A DNA stretch of 64,000 nucleotides from Candidatus Hydrogenedentota bacterium (GCA_963745075.1 CAVUWV010000013.1:96001-160000); one strand, 5' to 3'; numbered from the stretch's first letter, positions 42,641-53,373 are shown. Numbers and translations are program-made. Notes: generated by a model from the letters alone, not told the origin.

Positions 42641-43531
42641 ATGACCGATGCCGTTTGCGAAACCAATCTCCCCGGACGTGCCCCCACCGCCCGCGGTAAG
42701 GTGCGCGACATCTACGACCTGGGCGACCGCCTTATCATTGTGGCGACCGACCGGATTTCTGCCTTCGACTGGATCAATCCGGTCGGGATTCCGGACAAGG
42801 GCAAGCTGCTGACGCAGATGTCTTTGTTCTGGTTCGATTTGGTCGGCGGCGTGGTGCGCAACCACCTGATCTCCGCTGACCTCTCGGATATGCCTGAAGA
42901 CTTCCAGCAGCACGCCGATCAGTTTGAGGGCCGGTCCATGCTGGTCCACAAGTGCGAGATGTTTCCAGTCGAGTTCGTGATTCGGGGGTATCTGGCAGGG
43001 AGCGGCTGGAAGGAGTATCGCAAAAACGGCACGGTGTGCGGCATCCAGTTGCCCGAGGGATTGCGCGAATCGGATCGCCTGGAGAGACCCATCTTCACGC
43101 CCGCCACCAAGGCGACCGACGGGCATGACATCAATATCCCACCGGAACAAGCCGCGGAGATCATTGGCAAAGAGTGGGCCGATGCAGCCTCCGGCGCCGC
43201 ACTCCAGGTTTACGGCCGCGCGCGGGAATATGCCGAGGAGCGAGGCGTTATTCTCTGTGATACCAAGTTTGAATTTGGCACCCTTGATGGTACCCTTGTT
43301 TTAGCTGACGAGATCCTGACGCCGGATTCGTCCCGGTTCTGGCCAGCGGACCAGTATGAGCCGGGAAAAGGTCAGCCGAGCTTCGACAAACAGTTTGTTC
43401 GCGACTGGTTAGAGACGACGGGATGGGATAAGAATTCCCCGCCGCCGCCGCTCCCCGAGGACGTCGTCGCAAAGACGCGTGAGAAATACGTCGAAGCGTA
43501 TCGGAAACTCACGGGAAAAAGGGACTTCTGA
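42641..43531 (+). CDS. purC: SAICAR synthase
   Basis: GKVRDIY, ATDRISAFD, RGYLAGSGW, DTKFEFG, DEILTPDSSRFW, SFDKQFVRDW. Confidence 0.98.
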   Translation: MTDAVCETNLPGRAPTARGKVRDIYDLGDRLIIVATDRISAFDWINPVGIPDKGKLLTQMSLFWFDLVGGVVRNHLISADLSDMPEDFQQHADQFEGRSMLVHKCEMFPVEFVIRGYLAGSGWKEYRKNGTVCGIQLPEGLRESDRLERPIFTPATKATDGHDINIPPEQAAEIIGKEWADAASGAALQVYGRAREYAEERGVILCDTKFEFGTLDGTLVLADEILTPDSSRFWPADQYEPGKGQPSFDKQFVRDWLETTGWDKNSPPPPLPEDVVAKTREKYVEAYRKLTGKRDF

Positions 43532-43534
43532 CCA

Positions 43535-45067
43535 ATGTACAACCCGACCGCAGCCGATGGCCACAGTGACTTGGGAGAAGAGGGGGACCCTGCTCGAGGG
43601 CCGATGGACGGCGAGCGGCTCCACGACGAGTGTGGCGTCTTTGGCGTGTTCGGTCATCCGGATGCGGCGATCCTCACCTATCTCGGGCTGTACGCGCTTC
43701 AGCACCGCGGCCAGGAAGGCGCCGGCATCGTGGTTTCGGACGGTGGTCAGCTTCGCGGGCATCGCGGGGTGGGGTTGGTCGCGGACGTATTCAAGCCGCA
43801 CCGCTTGAAGCCGTTGCAGGGCGATCTCGCCATCGGGCATGTGCGTTATTCAACCTTCGGCACGAGCGTTCTCAAGAACGTCCAACCGCTCATGCGCGAT
43901 TACAAGAAGGGGGCTATCGCACTCGGTCACAACGGTAACCTCACCAACGCCGGCCAACTCCGTGAAGAGTTAGAAAGTGAAGGCCGTATCTTTCAGTCCA
44001 CGACCGATACCGAAGTCATCATTCACTTGATCGCCAAATCGCAGGACGAAACCTTCGTCGGAAGTGTGGTGGATGCCCTCGGCAAGGTCATCGGCGCGTA
44101 TTCAATACTTGCGACGAACGGGGAGGAGATCATCGCCGCGCGCGATCCCCATGGCTTCCGTCCGTTGTGGATGGGCCGGCTCGCGGGCGCCTATGTGTTT
44201 GCCAGCGAAAGTTGCGCGCTCGACATCATCGACGCCGAACCCATCCGCGAGATCGAGCCCGGCGAAGTGGTGGTCGTGACCCGTGACGGCATCGAGTCCA
44301 TCAAACCCTTCCCTCCGGTGAAGCCGAGTTCGTGCATATTCGAATACGTTTACGTGGCCCGTCCAGACAGCGTCATTTTCGGCCGAAGCGTGGACGAGGT
44401 GCGCAAACAACTGGGGCGGAACCTGGCCAAGCGAGAACCGGTCGACGCGGACTTGGTCATGGCGGTTCCCGACTCGTCGAACCAGGTGGCTCTGGGATAC
44501 TCGCACGAGTCCGGGATTCCGTTCGACATGGGCTTCATCCGCAATCACTACGTGGGTCGCACGTTCATCGAACCTGATCAGCAGATCCGGGACTTCGGGG
44601 TCAAGATTAAATTGAATCCCGCGCGCACGGCCGTCGAGGGCAAGCGAATCGTTCTGGTCGACGACAGTATTGTGCGCGGGACCACGTCAAAGAAGATCGT
44701 CAAGATGTTACGGAAGTGCGGCGTGAAGGAAATTCATTTTCGCATCAGTTGTCCACCCATTGTCAACTCGTGCTATTACGGAATTGATACCCCGGAACGG
44801 AGCAAGCTGATTGCCCACAATATGGCCGTGGATGAGATGCGCGAATACCTGGGTGTCGACACCCTCGCGTTCCAGACCATCGAGGGAATGGTCGATGCCA
44901 CCGGCATGGATCAAGACCAATTCTGTCTCGCGTGTTTTAATAACACGTATCCCACGCCCACGCCAGACGAATTCAAACCTAAGCGCAACAACCGTCGCCA
45001 CATCGATATGAGTTCGGACCTCGCCGAAATCGGTCTTGAGATCCAGCGCATGCCTACCCACTGGTAA
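43535..45067 (+). CDS. purF: Amidophosphoribosyltransferase
   Basis: ECGVFG, LQHRGQE, GHVRYST, CIFEYVY.ARPDS, VDDSIVRGTTS, CYYGID. Alternative start at 43604. Confidence 0.98.
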   Translation: MYNPTAADGHSDLGEEGDPARGPMDGERLHDECGVFGVFGHPDAAILTYLGLYALQHRGQEGAGIVVSDGGQLRGHRGVGLVADVFKPHRLKPLQGDLAIGHVRYSTFGTSVLKNVQPLMRDYKKGAIALGHNGNLTNAGQLREELESEGRIFQSTTDTEVIIHLIAKSQDETFVGSVVDALGKVIGAYSILATNGEEIIAARDPHGFRPLWMGRLAGAYVFASESCALDIIDAEPIREIEPGEVVVVTRDGIESIKPFPPVKPSSCIFEYVYVARPDSVIFGRSVDEVRKQLGRNLAKREPVDADLVMAVPDSSNQVALGYSHESGIPFDMGFIRNHYVGRTFIEPDQQIRDFGVKIKLNPARTAVEGKRIVLVDDSIVRGTTSKKIVKMLRKCGVKEIHFRISCPPIVNSCYYGIDTPERSKLIAHNMAVDEMREYLGVDTLAFQTIEGMVDATGMDQDQFCLACFNNTYPTPTPDEFKPKRNNRRHIDMSSDLAEIGLEIQRMPTHW

Positions 45068-45279
45068 CCGAATTCCCCACCGAGAAGTTCTTTGCCTTTT
45101 GGGGCTCGCAGTGCCTTCTTGTATGTAATCCGTTTTATGACAATGTTTTATGACGTGCCTGCCGCCCGTCTATTCCGGCGCGCCTCCGAATTGCACTTTC
45201 CCTCCGGCACCGGCTAACCTACTTGCGTAGGGTTTGTCCGCTGGTGATATCTGCTTCCAGAAAAGGGGAGGGGTGTACC

Positions 45280-46773
45280 ATGGCTGTACTTGCAAAGCTG
45301 CCGGTGGTTGTGGGCTCTTCGATGTCCGGGCTCCTGATCAGTGACGCGCTGTCGCGGGAAGGAATCGAACACTACCTGATCGGCGGCGACCGGCCACACA
45401 GCGTGCCGCGTCTGGGCGAGTCCATGAACGAGTGCGCCAGCCCTGAGTTGTGGCGCTATTATGCGCGCTTGTTTCCCCAGCACTTCTACCCGAAGAACCA
45501 CATCAGCCTATTGAATGGCCCGTTCGCATCCATGTTGCACTTCGGTAATCCCGCGTGTCCGTTCACCGAGGTGATCGAAGAGTTTGCCAATCTCCCCGAT
45601 GAGTTTATGCCGCTTCGCGCCAAGTATTTGACCCATATCGATCGCGTTGGATTCGATCAGTCCTTATACGACAAGATACGTGCGAACGGGTCTTGCCGTT
45701 TTGTGCAGGCGCGCGTTACGTCATTGCGTCATGATGTGGACACGGACTGCGTTGAGCGGATCGATCTTGATAATGGGGAGACCATCGAATCGCCGCCGTA
45801 CGTGTTTGACGCGTCCGGGCCGCGCGGCGCGGTCGCCGCTGCGGCTGGAGTCGGAACCCGATACGTGAGTACCGAACAGCGGGTCGTTTGGACCCACTAC
45901 CGCCGTGACTCGTCCCGGACCGACGATCCGTGGTGGATGTTCGGTACCAATCTGTTGCGGCTTGACCATGCAAATGACACCATCGATGGCATATCGTGGA
46001 TGATTCCATTGGGGAACACGGTCAGCGTGGGAATCAGTGTAGACGCGTGCGACGACGCCGTCGCGAGCCGGGACGCAAATGAAGTCATGCTGCTGCTGGG
46101 AGACGCCTATGCCCGGCGAGGCGTGGACTATCAAGTCCGGTTTCCCGCGCAACTTCCGAATCAGGAGATCACGCACCGCTACTTCATTCGCGACCGCGCC
46201 TACGGTGCGAATTGGGTCCTTGCCGGCGGTACCTTTGTGCAGATCTGGTTCCCCAGCTCTTCCGGGGTGTGGGCGGCGACGGCGGCGGCGGGAATGGTCA
46301 AGGAATTGATTGATCGTCCGCAATACGCCGGCGCGAAGTACGAATCGATCATGCGAGGTCTCTTGAAATTTCACGGTTCGCTGGACGAAATGATCCACGG
46401 CAGCGTGTTTGGCACCCGGACCGACGTTTACCGATTCTGGGCACGCTGGGTATCGCTGATTCCGAAACGGGTATCCGACTATCTACTCATCAGCAAGAAC
46501 AAACTCGAACCGGGATCCGCCATCTTTCGCGGGCTGGAGCTTTGGTGCCGGGCAATGGCGCGGTCACCGAGGTTGACACTGTTTTTCGGCGGGTTGGGAC
46601 TTATCCGCTGCCATCATTGCTCGGAGTTGCAGGAATTGGCGGCGGCCTTCCCCGATTATCGAATGTCGGCACGATTCAGACTGCGCAATTTCGTCCGAGG
46701 GGTCCATTACATGATTGCGCCTTCGTTGGGGGGACACCCGGTATCGGCGATGGAAGGCGATCCGGCGCGGTAG
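45280..46773 (+). CDS. FAD-dependent oxidoreductase, flavin-halogenase/geranylgeranyl-reductase-like
   Basis: Degenerate Rossmann VVGSSMSG, PRLGES, HIDR..FDQ.L, FDASG, GISWMIPL..VSVG, NWVLAG...FPSSSGV; strong RBS. Confidence 0.7.
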   Translation: MAVLAKLPVVVGSSMSGLLISDALSREGIEHYLIGGDRPHSVPRLGESMNECASPELWRYYARLFPQHFYPKNHISLLNGPFASMLHFGNPACPFTEVIEEFANLPDEFMPLRAKYLTHIDRVGFDQSLYDKIRANGSCRFVQARVTSLRHDVDTDCVERIDLDNGETIESPPYVFDASGPRGAVAAAAGVGTRYVSTEQRVVWTHYRRDSSRTDDPWWMFGTNLLRLDHANDTIDGISWMIPLGNTVSVGISVDACDDAVASRDANEVMLLLGDAYARRGVDYQVRFPAQLPNQEITHRYFIRDRAYGANWVLAGGTFVQIWFPSSSGVWAATAAAGMVKELIDRPQYAGAKYESIMRGLLKFHGSLDEMIHGSVFGTRTDVYRFWARWVSLIPKRVSDYLLISKNKLEPGSAIFRGLELWCRAMARSPRLTLFFGGLGLIRCHHCSELQELAAAFPDYRMSARFRLRNFVRGVHYMIAPSLGGHPVSAMEGDPAR

Positions 46774-46803
46774 TGCATTTTGACGTTTTCCGTGTCCTCT
46801 CAA

Positions 46804-46942
46804 TCGTACTTCGTGCTCGCTCTCATACTCGACGAAATGCCGGGTCTTGCCACAGTGGAACAACGGCGTGTTGGGTTAACCAGACCGAATCTCTTTCCGC
46901 TCGATAATCCGAGTATAAGCACGAAGTACGAGAACGAGTACG
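46804..46942. repeat. Intergenic inverted repeat built from TACTCG/CGAGTA-like hexamers
   Basis: TCGTACTTCGTGCT (46804-46817) pairs with AGCACGAAGTACGA (46918-46931); ATACTCG/CGAGTAT inner pair. Confidence 0.65.
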
Positions 46943-46993
46943 TGAAGACAGCGGCGGCAACGAAAAAACTCAAACTGTTGTTGCACCCGTATC

Positions 46994-47932
46994 TCATATT
47001 CCGCCAATGGCTGTAATCAACCATTGGTCACCTTCGCGTCCGCCGGCTAGCACGATACTCGCCTGGTCCTGTTGCCCGACGAAGTGGACGGGTTCTACCC
47101 GCGCAAAATCGCCTTCGATACGAATTGTCGCTTGGTCGATGATGAGCTGCGACCCGGTAAAGCCGCCCGCCACTTTGTACGTTTGGAAGAGCGCACGGAG
47201 ATCCGTCTTTCCGCGTCCGCCCTCGTCGGAGTACGCGTCCGAGTATGCGGTCATCAGCGTGTCGATATCGCCGTTCTCCAACGCAGTCTTCATGGTCGTC
47301 AATAGCAACCGGATCTTATCCTCGTCGGTCATGGCCTCCGAGTACACGATTCCCTCGCCCGCTTTGGGGGCCCAGAACCCAAAGAAGTTCCGCATCACGT
47401 AGAGGGTGGTGGGAACCGCCGCGAGGGCAACGACGACCGCGAGCCCGGCAAGAATCTGCCGCACCGGAAGTGGTTTGCGCTTCTTGATCTGAATCGCGAT
47501 GCCGCCCACGGTGACCCGTTCGCCAGCAAGTGCGCGCCGCAGCTTGTCTTCGAGGTTACCGAGGGTTTCGTTGATCGTGATGAAGGCCCGGTGCCATTCC
47601 GTGTGAAGTTTCCGCACGGCGACTTCGGACTGGCTGTAGATGGACTGCAACGTCGTGGCGCCCGCGATGATGTTGACGATGTCCCGCGAGAATTTGCAGT
47701 CCGGCCCTAAACGGTCGCGGAGAATCTGGTGTTCTCGCGCCAGACCGCTTTTGATCTGGAGAAACATGGCCTCCAGTTGCAGCTTGTTGACACCGGGGCT
47801 CGGAAAGGCGGTAATAATCTGGTTGAAACGTACCCAACTGTCCAAAAACGCGCGGCATCGCTGGATATGCCGTTCCAGAACCTCGGTGCCCTGCACACCT
47901 TGTCTGCCTTGCATCAGACGAACGGCTCCCAT
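46994..47932 (-). CDS. Hypothetical bitopic membrane protein with a C-terminal NTF2/SnoaL-like domain
   Basis: Helical N-terminus, single TM, C-terminal ALENGDIDTLMTAYSDAY...WLIT pattern. Confidence 0.7.
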   Translation of the reverse strand: MGAVRLMQGRQGVQGTEVLERHIQRCRAFLDSWVRFNQIITAFPSPGVNKLQLEAMFLQIKSGLAREHQILRDRLGPDCKFSRDIVNIIAGATTLQSIYSQSEVAVRKLHTEWHRAFITINETLGNLEDKLRRALAGERVTVGGIAIQIKKRKPLPVRQILAGLAVVVALAAVPTTLYVMRNFFGFWAPKAGEGIVYSEAMTDEDKIRLLLTTMKTALENGDIDTLMTAYSDAYSDEGGRGKTDLRALFQTYKVAGGFTGSQLIIDQATIRIEGDFARVEPVHFVGQQDQASIVLAGGREGDQWLITAIGGI

Positions 47933-47946
47933 CTAAGAACGAACTT

Positions 47947-47975
47947 AGACTATGCCATTCCGGGGATTTTGTCAA
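47947..47975 (-). promoter_or_regulatory. Putative sigma70 promoter
   Basis: Minus strand reads TTGACA-N17-TAGTCT just upstream of the 47932 start. Confidence 0.55.
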
Positions 47976-48028
47976 TGCCGCAATCGCGCGCTAGTGAAAC
48001 AGATCGGTGTGGGGGATGCGCCAAGTGC

Positions 48029-49963
48029 TTACTGCACCGATTCCGGCACCCGCTGACCCAGGTATTGGCGGACGGACGCGGCGATGCCTTCCGCGTCTAA
48101 TCCGACATCGGCGAGTTGCTCGTCGCGGGTCGCATGTTCGAGATAGGCGTCGGGGAATCCGATTCGCCGGACGCGGACTTCGTCCAGGATTCCCGCTTGC
48201 TCGAAATGCTCCAGCACCCCTGAACCGAACCCACCGGGCAGCGTGTTCTCTTCGACGGTAATGATGGGGAGGCCTTTAAGCCGGTCCAGCAACTTCCCGT
48301 CGAGGGGTTTGGCAAATCGCGCGTCTGCGACGCCGATGGAAAGTCCTTCACGTTGCAGCGTTTCGGCCACTTCCAGGCAGGTTGCGATAACAGGGCCGAT
48401 GGCAAGCAGTGTGGCGTCGGTGCCTTCGCGCAGGATTTCGCCCCGCGTAATATCGCGGCCGTTGGGGGAGCCAATGGTCGGCGCTTTGCTTCGCGCGTAC
48501 CGGATGGCGACCGGGCCCGGTTGTTGGAGGGCCCATTTCAACATGAGGCTGGTGTCTGCGTCGTCACGCGCCGCGAGAACCGTCAGCCCGGGCACGGCCC
48601 GAAGGAAGGACACGTCGAACGCGCCCTGCTGGGTCGGGCTGTCTTCGCCGACGGCACCGGCCCGGTCGATGGCGAACACGACCGGCAAATTCTGCATGCA
48701 CACGTCGTGGATGACCTGGTCGTAGGCCCGTTGCAGGAACGTGGAATAGATCGCGCACACCGGCCGCATGCCCTGCGTCGCAAGACCGGCGGCAAAGGTG
48801 ACCGCGTGTTGCTCGCAGATCCCCACATCGAAGGTGCGCTCCGGGAATTCCTTTTCGAACTTGCTGAGCCCGGTGCCGGTCGGCATTGCCGCCGTGATTC
48901 CGACAATCTTGTCGTTCTCGCGGGCCGCTTCAATCATCGCGTTTGCGAACGCACTGGTGAAAGTGGGGACAGGCGGAGCGCTGGAGCCCGACCCCTGGAA
49001 TTTGCCCGTGTTGATATCGAAGGCTTGGACGCCGTGATAGGTGAGCGGATCTTCTTCCGCGTAACTGTAGCCCTTGCCCTTCTTGGTCACGCAATGGAAG
49101 AAGACAGGACCGCTGGTCTTCTTCATGTTGCCCAGACACTCGACCAGGGTGTCGAGATCGTGCCCGTCCACGGGTCCGACGTATCGGAGCCCGAGTGCTT
49201 CAAACATGGAGCCTGGAGTGAGAAAACCCTTGACGGAATGCTCGAGACGCTCGGCAGCCCGGGTGAGGTTTTGTCCGATGGTCCGCTCCATGAACGTGTG
49301 CAAATCCCCGCGCGCACGGGTATACAGTCCACCGGTGATCAAGCGGTTAAAATAGGCGGACATGGCGCCCACATTCTTCGAGATCGACATGTTGTTGTCG
49401 TTCAAAATGACGATGAGATCCGTCCCCAAGTGGCCAGCATGGCTCAGCGCCTCGAAGGCCATCCCCGCCGTCATGGCGCCGTCGCCGATAACCGCGATGG
49501 CCCGCCCGCTTTTCTGGGTCAGGGAACGGGCAACTGCCATGCCGAGCGAGGCGGAAATCAACGTCGAGCTGTGCCCAACGCCGAATACGTCGTAGGGACT
49601 TTCGTTGCGTTTGGGGTAGCCGCTGAGGCCGCCCTTCTTGCGGATGGTAGGCAAGCGATCCCGGCGGCCGGTCACGAGTTTGTGCGCATAGCACTGGTGG
49701 CCAACGTCCCACACCAGCATGTCCTCTTCGGTGTCGAAGACGTAGTGCAGCGCCAGCGTCAACTCGACCACGCCGAGGTGGGGCGCCAGATGGCCCCCGT
49801 TGACCGATGCCGTCGCGATGATCTTATGCCGAATCTCCTCCGCAAGGGTCTTCAACTGGTCCAACTTCAGGGTCTTGAGATCCCGCGGCGAGTTGACTGT
49901 GTCCAGGATGGGCGTGTTGAGATAATCTTGAGGGGAGTTGGGCTCGCCGTTACTCGAAGTCAT
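48029..49963 (-). CDS. dxs: 1-deoxy-D-xylulose-5-phosphate synthase
   Basis: GGHLAPHLGVVEL, WDVGHQCYAHK, IGDGAMTAG, LNDNNMSI, DVGICEQH, YSTFLQRAYDQ. Confidence 0.98.
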   Translation of the reverse strand: MTSSNGEPNSPQDYLNTPILDTVNSPRDLKTLKLDQLKTLAEEIRHKIIATASVNGGHLAPHLGVVELTLALHYVFDTEEDMLVWDVGHQCYAHKLVTGRRDRLPTIRKKGGLSGYPKRNESPYDVFGVGHSSTLISASLGMAVARSLTQKSGRAIAVIGDGAMTAGMAFEALSHAGHLGTDLIVILNDNNMSISKNVGAMSAYFNRLITGGLYTRARGDLHTFMERTIGQNLTRAAERLEHSVKGFLTPGSMFEALGLRYVGPVDGHDLDTLVECLGNMKKTSGPVFFHCVTKKGKGYSYAEEDPLTYHGVQAFDINTGKFQGSGSSAPPVPTFTSAFANAMIEAARENDKIVGITAAMPTGTGLSKFEKEFPERTFDVGICEQHAVTFAAGLATQGMRPVCAIYSTFLQRAYDQVIHDVCMQNLPVVFAIDRAGAVGEDSPTQQGAFDVSFLRAVPGLTVLAARDDADTSLMLKWALQQPGPVAIRYARSKAPTIGSPNGRDITRGEILREGTDATLLAIGPVIATCLEVAETLQREGLSIGVADARFAKPLDGKLLDRLKGLPIITVEENTLPGGFGSGVLEHFEQAGILDEVRVRRIGFPDAYLEHATRDEQLADVGLDAEGIAASVRQYLGQRVPESVQ

Positions 49964-50189
49964 GTATCAAAAGCCTCTTTTGGTCTGTTGCAATCGACTT
50001 ACACTACCCGGGCCGCGGCCTCTCACCTACGCAAAGCCCGATAAAATCGCATAATCGCGGACATAATCTCAGGGGAGATCATAGTCTGCCGCCGTCCTTT
50101 GGACAACCCCACGCGAATTGCACCGAAGCAGCAAGTATATCAAAACACGGGGTTTGCCGTGCAACTAACGCCTCTCGCGGCAGTTGCGG

Positions 50190-51725
50190 CTACTTCCGCG
50201 CCATCTCCCGCAACTCCCGTTTGAGGATCTTTCCCGTGGGGCCTTTGGGCAGGGCCGGCACGATTTCGACCGCTTTGGGGCACTTATACTTGGCCAGCCG
50301 TTCCAGGCAGTACTCGCGTAACACGTGTTCGGTAACCGATTGACCGTCCCGTAGGGCGGCATACGCTTTGACTTCCTCGCCGCGCAATGCGTCGGGCACG
50401 CCCACGACGGCTACCTCGAGCACGGCAGGATGGGCGTGCAGCACTTCCTCGACTTCGCGGGGGTAAATGTTCATTCCACCCCGAATGATAATGTCTTTCA
50501 GCCGGTCCACGATGTAGAAATAACCGTCTTCGTCGCACTTTCCGAGATCGCCTGTGTGGAGCCAGCCGTTGATGATGGTTTCCTTGGTGGCGACGGGCTT
50601 CTTGTAGTAGGCCTTCATCACGTTGTGGCCGCGGATAACGATTTCGCCCACCTCTTCGGCTTCCGCGAAGGAACCGTCCTCCCGCATGATGCGCATCTCG
50701 CAACCCCAGATCGGGATGCCGATGGATCCCGGCTTGCAAGGCCGGTCGGTGACGTTGAACGATGCGACGGGGCTGGTCTCGGACAGGCCGTACCCTTCCA
50801 GAATCTGAAGGCCGAATTTTTCCTTGAACTGGTTGATGATTTCCACCGGGAGAGAAGAGGCCCCGGATACCGCCATCCGTAGTGAAGACAAATCGCAGTC
50901 GTGATCCTCCGCGCAGTTCAGCAGAAACGCGTACATCGTCGGAACCAGACCGATCACCGTCACCTTGTCGCGTTCGATGACCTTCACCACGTGCTCGGTG
51001 TCGAATTGGGGGACCATCGTAATGGTGGCGCCCGCCATGAAGCCTGCGTTCATGATGCAGGTCTGGCCGAAGGAGTGGAACAAGGGAAGCACTGCGAGCG
51101 CGACATCGTCCGGGCGCGCCTGGATAATCTTTTCCTTCGCATAGTAGGCGTTGAAGAACATGTTGAAGTGCGTCAATTCCGCGCCCTTGGGCCGGCCGGT
51201 CGTGCCGCTCGTGTACAAGATGACGGCGGTGTCGTCCGGCATGGTCTGGATCAGATCAAACTCATGCGATGCCCCCAGCACGAGAGGCATCAGCAACTCG
51301 CCCTCCGGCGGAGCATCCATATCGTCCGGCGTACTGACGACGAGCAGTTGATGACAGGTGTCGGTCGCATTGAACGCGTGGACCGCCTCGTCGTAAAACC
51401 CGCGCCACGTGACGAAAACCTTGGCGTCGGAGTCCTCCAGGTAGTACTGAATTTCGTGGGACTTGAGGAGGACGTTCACCGGCACCACGGTTGCCCCGGT
51501 GTTCAGAATACCGTAGTACACCATGGGGAAATGGGGGGTGTTGGGAATCATGACGGCGACCTTGTCACCCTTCTCGATGCCCTTGTCGACGAGAATATTC
51601 GCGATACGTTTCGCAAAGGCATTGACTTCGGCGTAGGTGAACTTGTAGTCATCCAATATGACCGCGGTCCGGTCCGCGTAGCTCTCGGCAGAGATTTCAA
51701 GGTATTGGGCGAGATTGAGGCTCAT
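50190..51725 (-). CDS. Long-chain-fatty-acid-CoA ligase
   Basis: YTSGTTGRPKG, LPLFHSFG, EGYGLSETSP, GWLHTGD, LPKGPTGKILK. Confidence 0.93.
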   Translation of the reverse strand: MSLNLAQYLEISAESYADRTAVILDDYKFTYAEVNAFAKRIANILVDKGIEKGDKVAVMIPNTPHFPMVYYGILNTGATVVPVNVLLKSHEIQYYLEDSDAKVFVTWRGFYDEAVHAFNATDTCHQLLVVSTPDDMDAPPEGELLMPLVLGASHEFDLIQTMPDDTAVILYTSGTTGRPKGAELTHFNMFFNAYYAKEKIIQARPDDVALAVLPLFHSFGQTCIMNAGFMAGATITMVPQFDTEHVVKVIERDKVTVIGLVPTMYAFLLNCAEDHDCDLSSLRMAVSGASSLPVEIINQFKEKFGLQILEGYGLSETSPVASFNVTDRPCKPGSIGIPIWGCEMRIMREDGSFAEAEEVGEIVIRGHNVMKAYYKKPVATKETIINGWLHTGDLGKCDEDGYFYIVDRLKDIIIRGGMNIYPREVEEVLHAHPAVLEVAVVGVPDALRGEEVKAYAALRDGQSVTEHVLREYCLERLAKYKCPKAVEIVPALPKGPTGKILKRELREMARK

Positions 51726-51959
51726 GTCGGAACTCCTTGCGAGCACTAACCAAGACAAGCATTGCCAATTCAGTGACTGGATTATATTCCGGGGGCACCA
51801 TACCTTCCAAGGGCATGCGCGGCGCGACGATTCCGCTCGAAACCGCGCGGAACGTCTGGTACACTAAGCGGCGCGCGGAATCGGTCGTCTCCGTGTGCTC
51901 CCAGATGCATTCGGTGACCCGCCCTTTTGTCTTGTCACAGCCAGTACGGAGCGATACCC

Positions 51960-53328
51960 ATGACGGATCTTCCAAAGAACGAGACGTGGGAACAGATCGA
52001 GGAGTTGGTCGAACGCCACGACGGCGCGGAACTGACGGCGTACCTCGCCCAGTTGTCGCCGGCCGAGTTGGCCCGTGCCATCTCCCGGCTCGACGAGGAA
52101 GACCAGTCCGCCGTCTTGACACTGCTCGATCCCGAGGACGCGGCGGACCTCATCGAGGAACTCCATGAAATCGTTGGCGCCGACCTGATCGAGGATCTGC
52201 CCGTTCCCCAGGCCGCGGCCATCCTGGACGAGATGGACAGTGACGTGCGCGCGGACGTGCTGGGCGAACTCGACTTGCCGGATCTGGAAGCCATTCTGCT
52301 TCAGATGAGCCCGGAAGAGGCGCAGGACGCGCGGGCGCTGCTCGTATACCCCGCCGAAACCGCCGGCGGCCTGATGATCACGGAGTATCTCGCCTATAAC
52401 GAGAAGCTCCGGGTACACCGACGTCCTGAACGATCTCCGCGAGAATGCGGAGACGTACTCGGACTACGGTGTGCAATACGTCTACGTCGTTTCCGACAAG
52501 GGCAACCTGGTCGGCGTGGTGCGCCTGCGCGACCTGGTGCTATCGCCCGGCAGTACCCCGTTGGCGGCGATCCAGATTCCGAATCCCATCAGCGTGAGCG
52601 TGGACGCGCCCCTCGAAGAGCTGGAGCAGGTCTTCGACCGCCACATGTTCTTTGGTGTGCCGGTCGTGGATAACTTCGGAAAGATGGTCGGCGTCGTCGA
52701 ACGAGCGGACGTCGAAGAAGCCCACGGTGAAGTGGCGGAGCGGGCCTTCCTGCGTTTCGGTGGTATCGTCGGCGGCGATGAGTTGCGCAGCATGTCGCTG
52801 ACGTCGCGTACTCTGCGCCGGCTTTCGTTCCTCAGTCCGAACATTTTTCTCAACATGATCGCCGCGAGTGTCATCGCCGCGTATGAAGGAACGCTCGTTA
52901 AGATTATCGCGCTTGCGGTGTTTCTGCCGATCATCTCCGACATGAGCGGATGTTCCGGAAATCAGGCCGTGGCCGTCAGCATTCGCGAACTCTCGCTTGG
53001 CCTCATCAAGCCGCGCGATTTCGTTCGCGTCTGGTGGAAGGAAGCGCAGGTCGGGATCATCAACGGGTTTGCCCTCGGCATCATGCTGGCGATCGTCGCG
53101 TATGTCTGGAAAGGGGATCTCTGGCTGGCGGGGGTGGTAGGTGCTGCGCTGGCATTAAACACGCTGGTCGCGGTTTCGCTGGGGGGAACGATTCCGCTGG
53201 CACTGCGCGGTCTCAAACTGGATCCGGCTCTGGCCGCCGCACCCATCCTGACCACCGTGACCGACATGTGCGGATTCTTTCTGAGCCTGAGTCTTGCCGC
53301 GGCGGCCCTGAGCGCCGGCAAGATCTGA
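51960..53328 (+). CDS. mgtE: Magnesium transporter MgtE (frameshift near 52412)
   Basis: Acidic N-domain, YPAETAGGLM, CBS pair, TM region with SGNQA, DPALAAAPILTTVTD. Confidence 0.93.
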
Positions 53329-53373
53329 GTGCCCCATTTCGTTTTCCGCAATTCCGCCGGGTAAGATGCGGCC

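Noticed and set aside
46800..46997. Small hydrophobic ORF overlapping the 46994 stop (ATGA)
   Set aside because: Its sequence is largely the hexamer inverted repeat, so coding status is unsupported.
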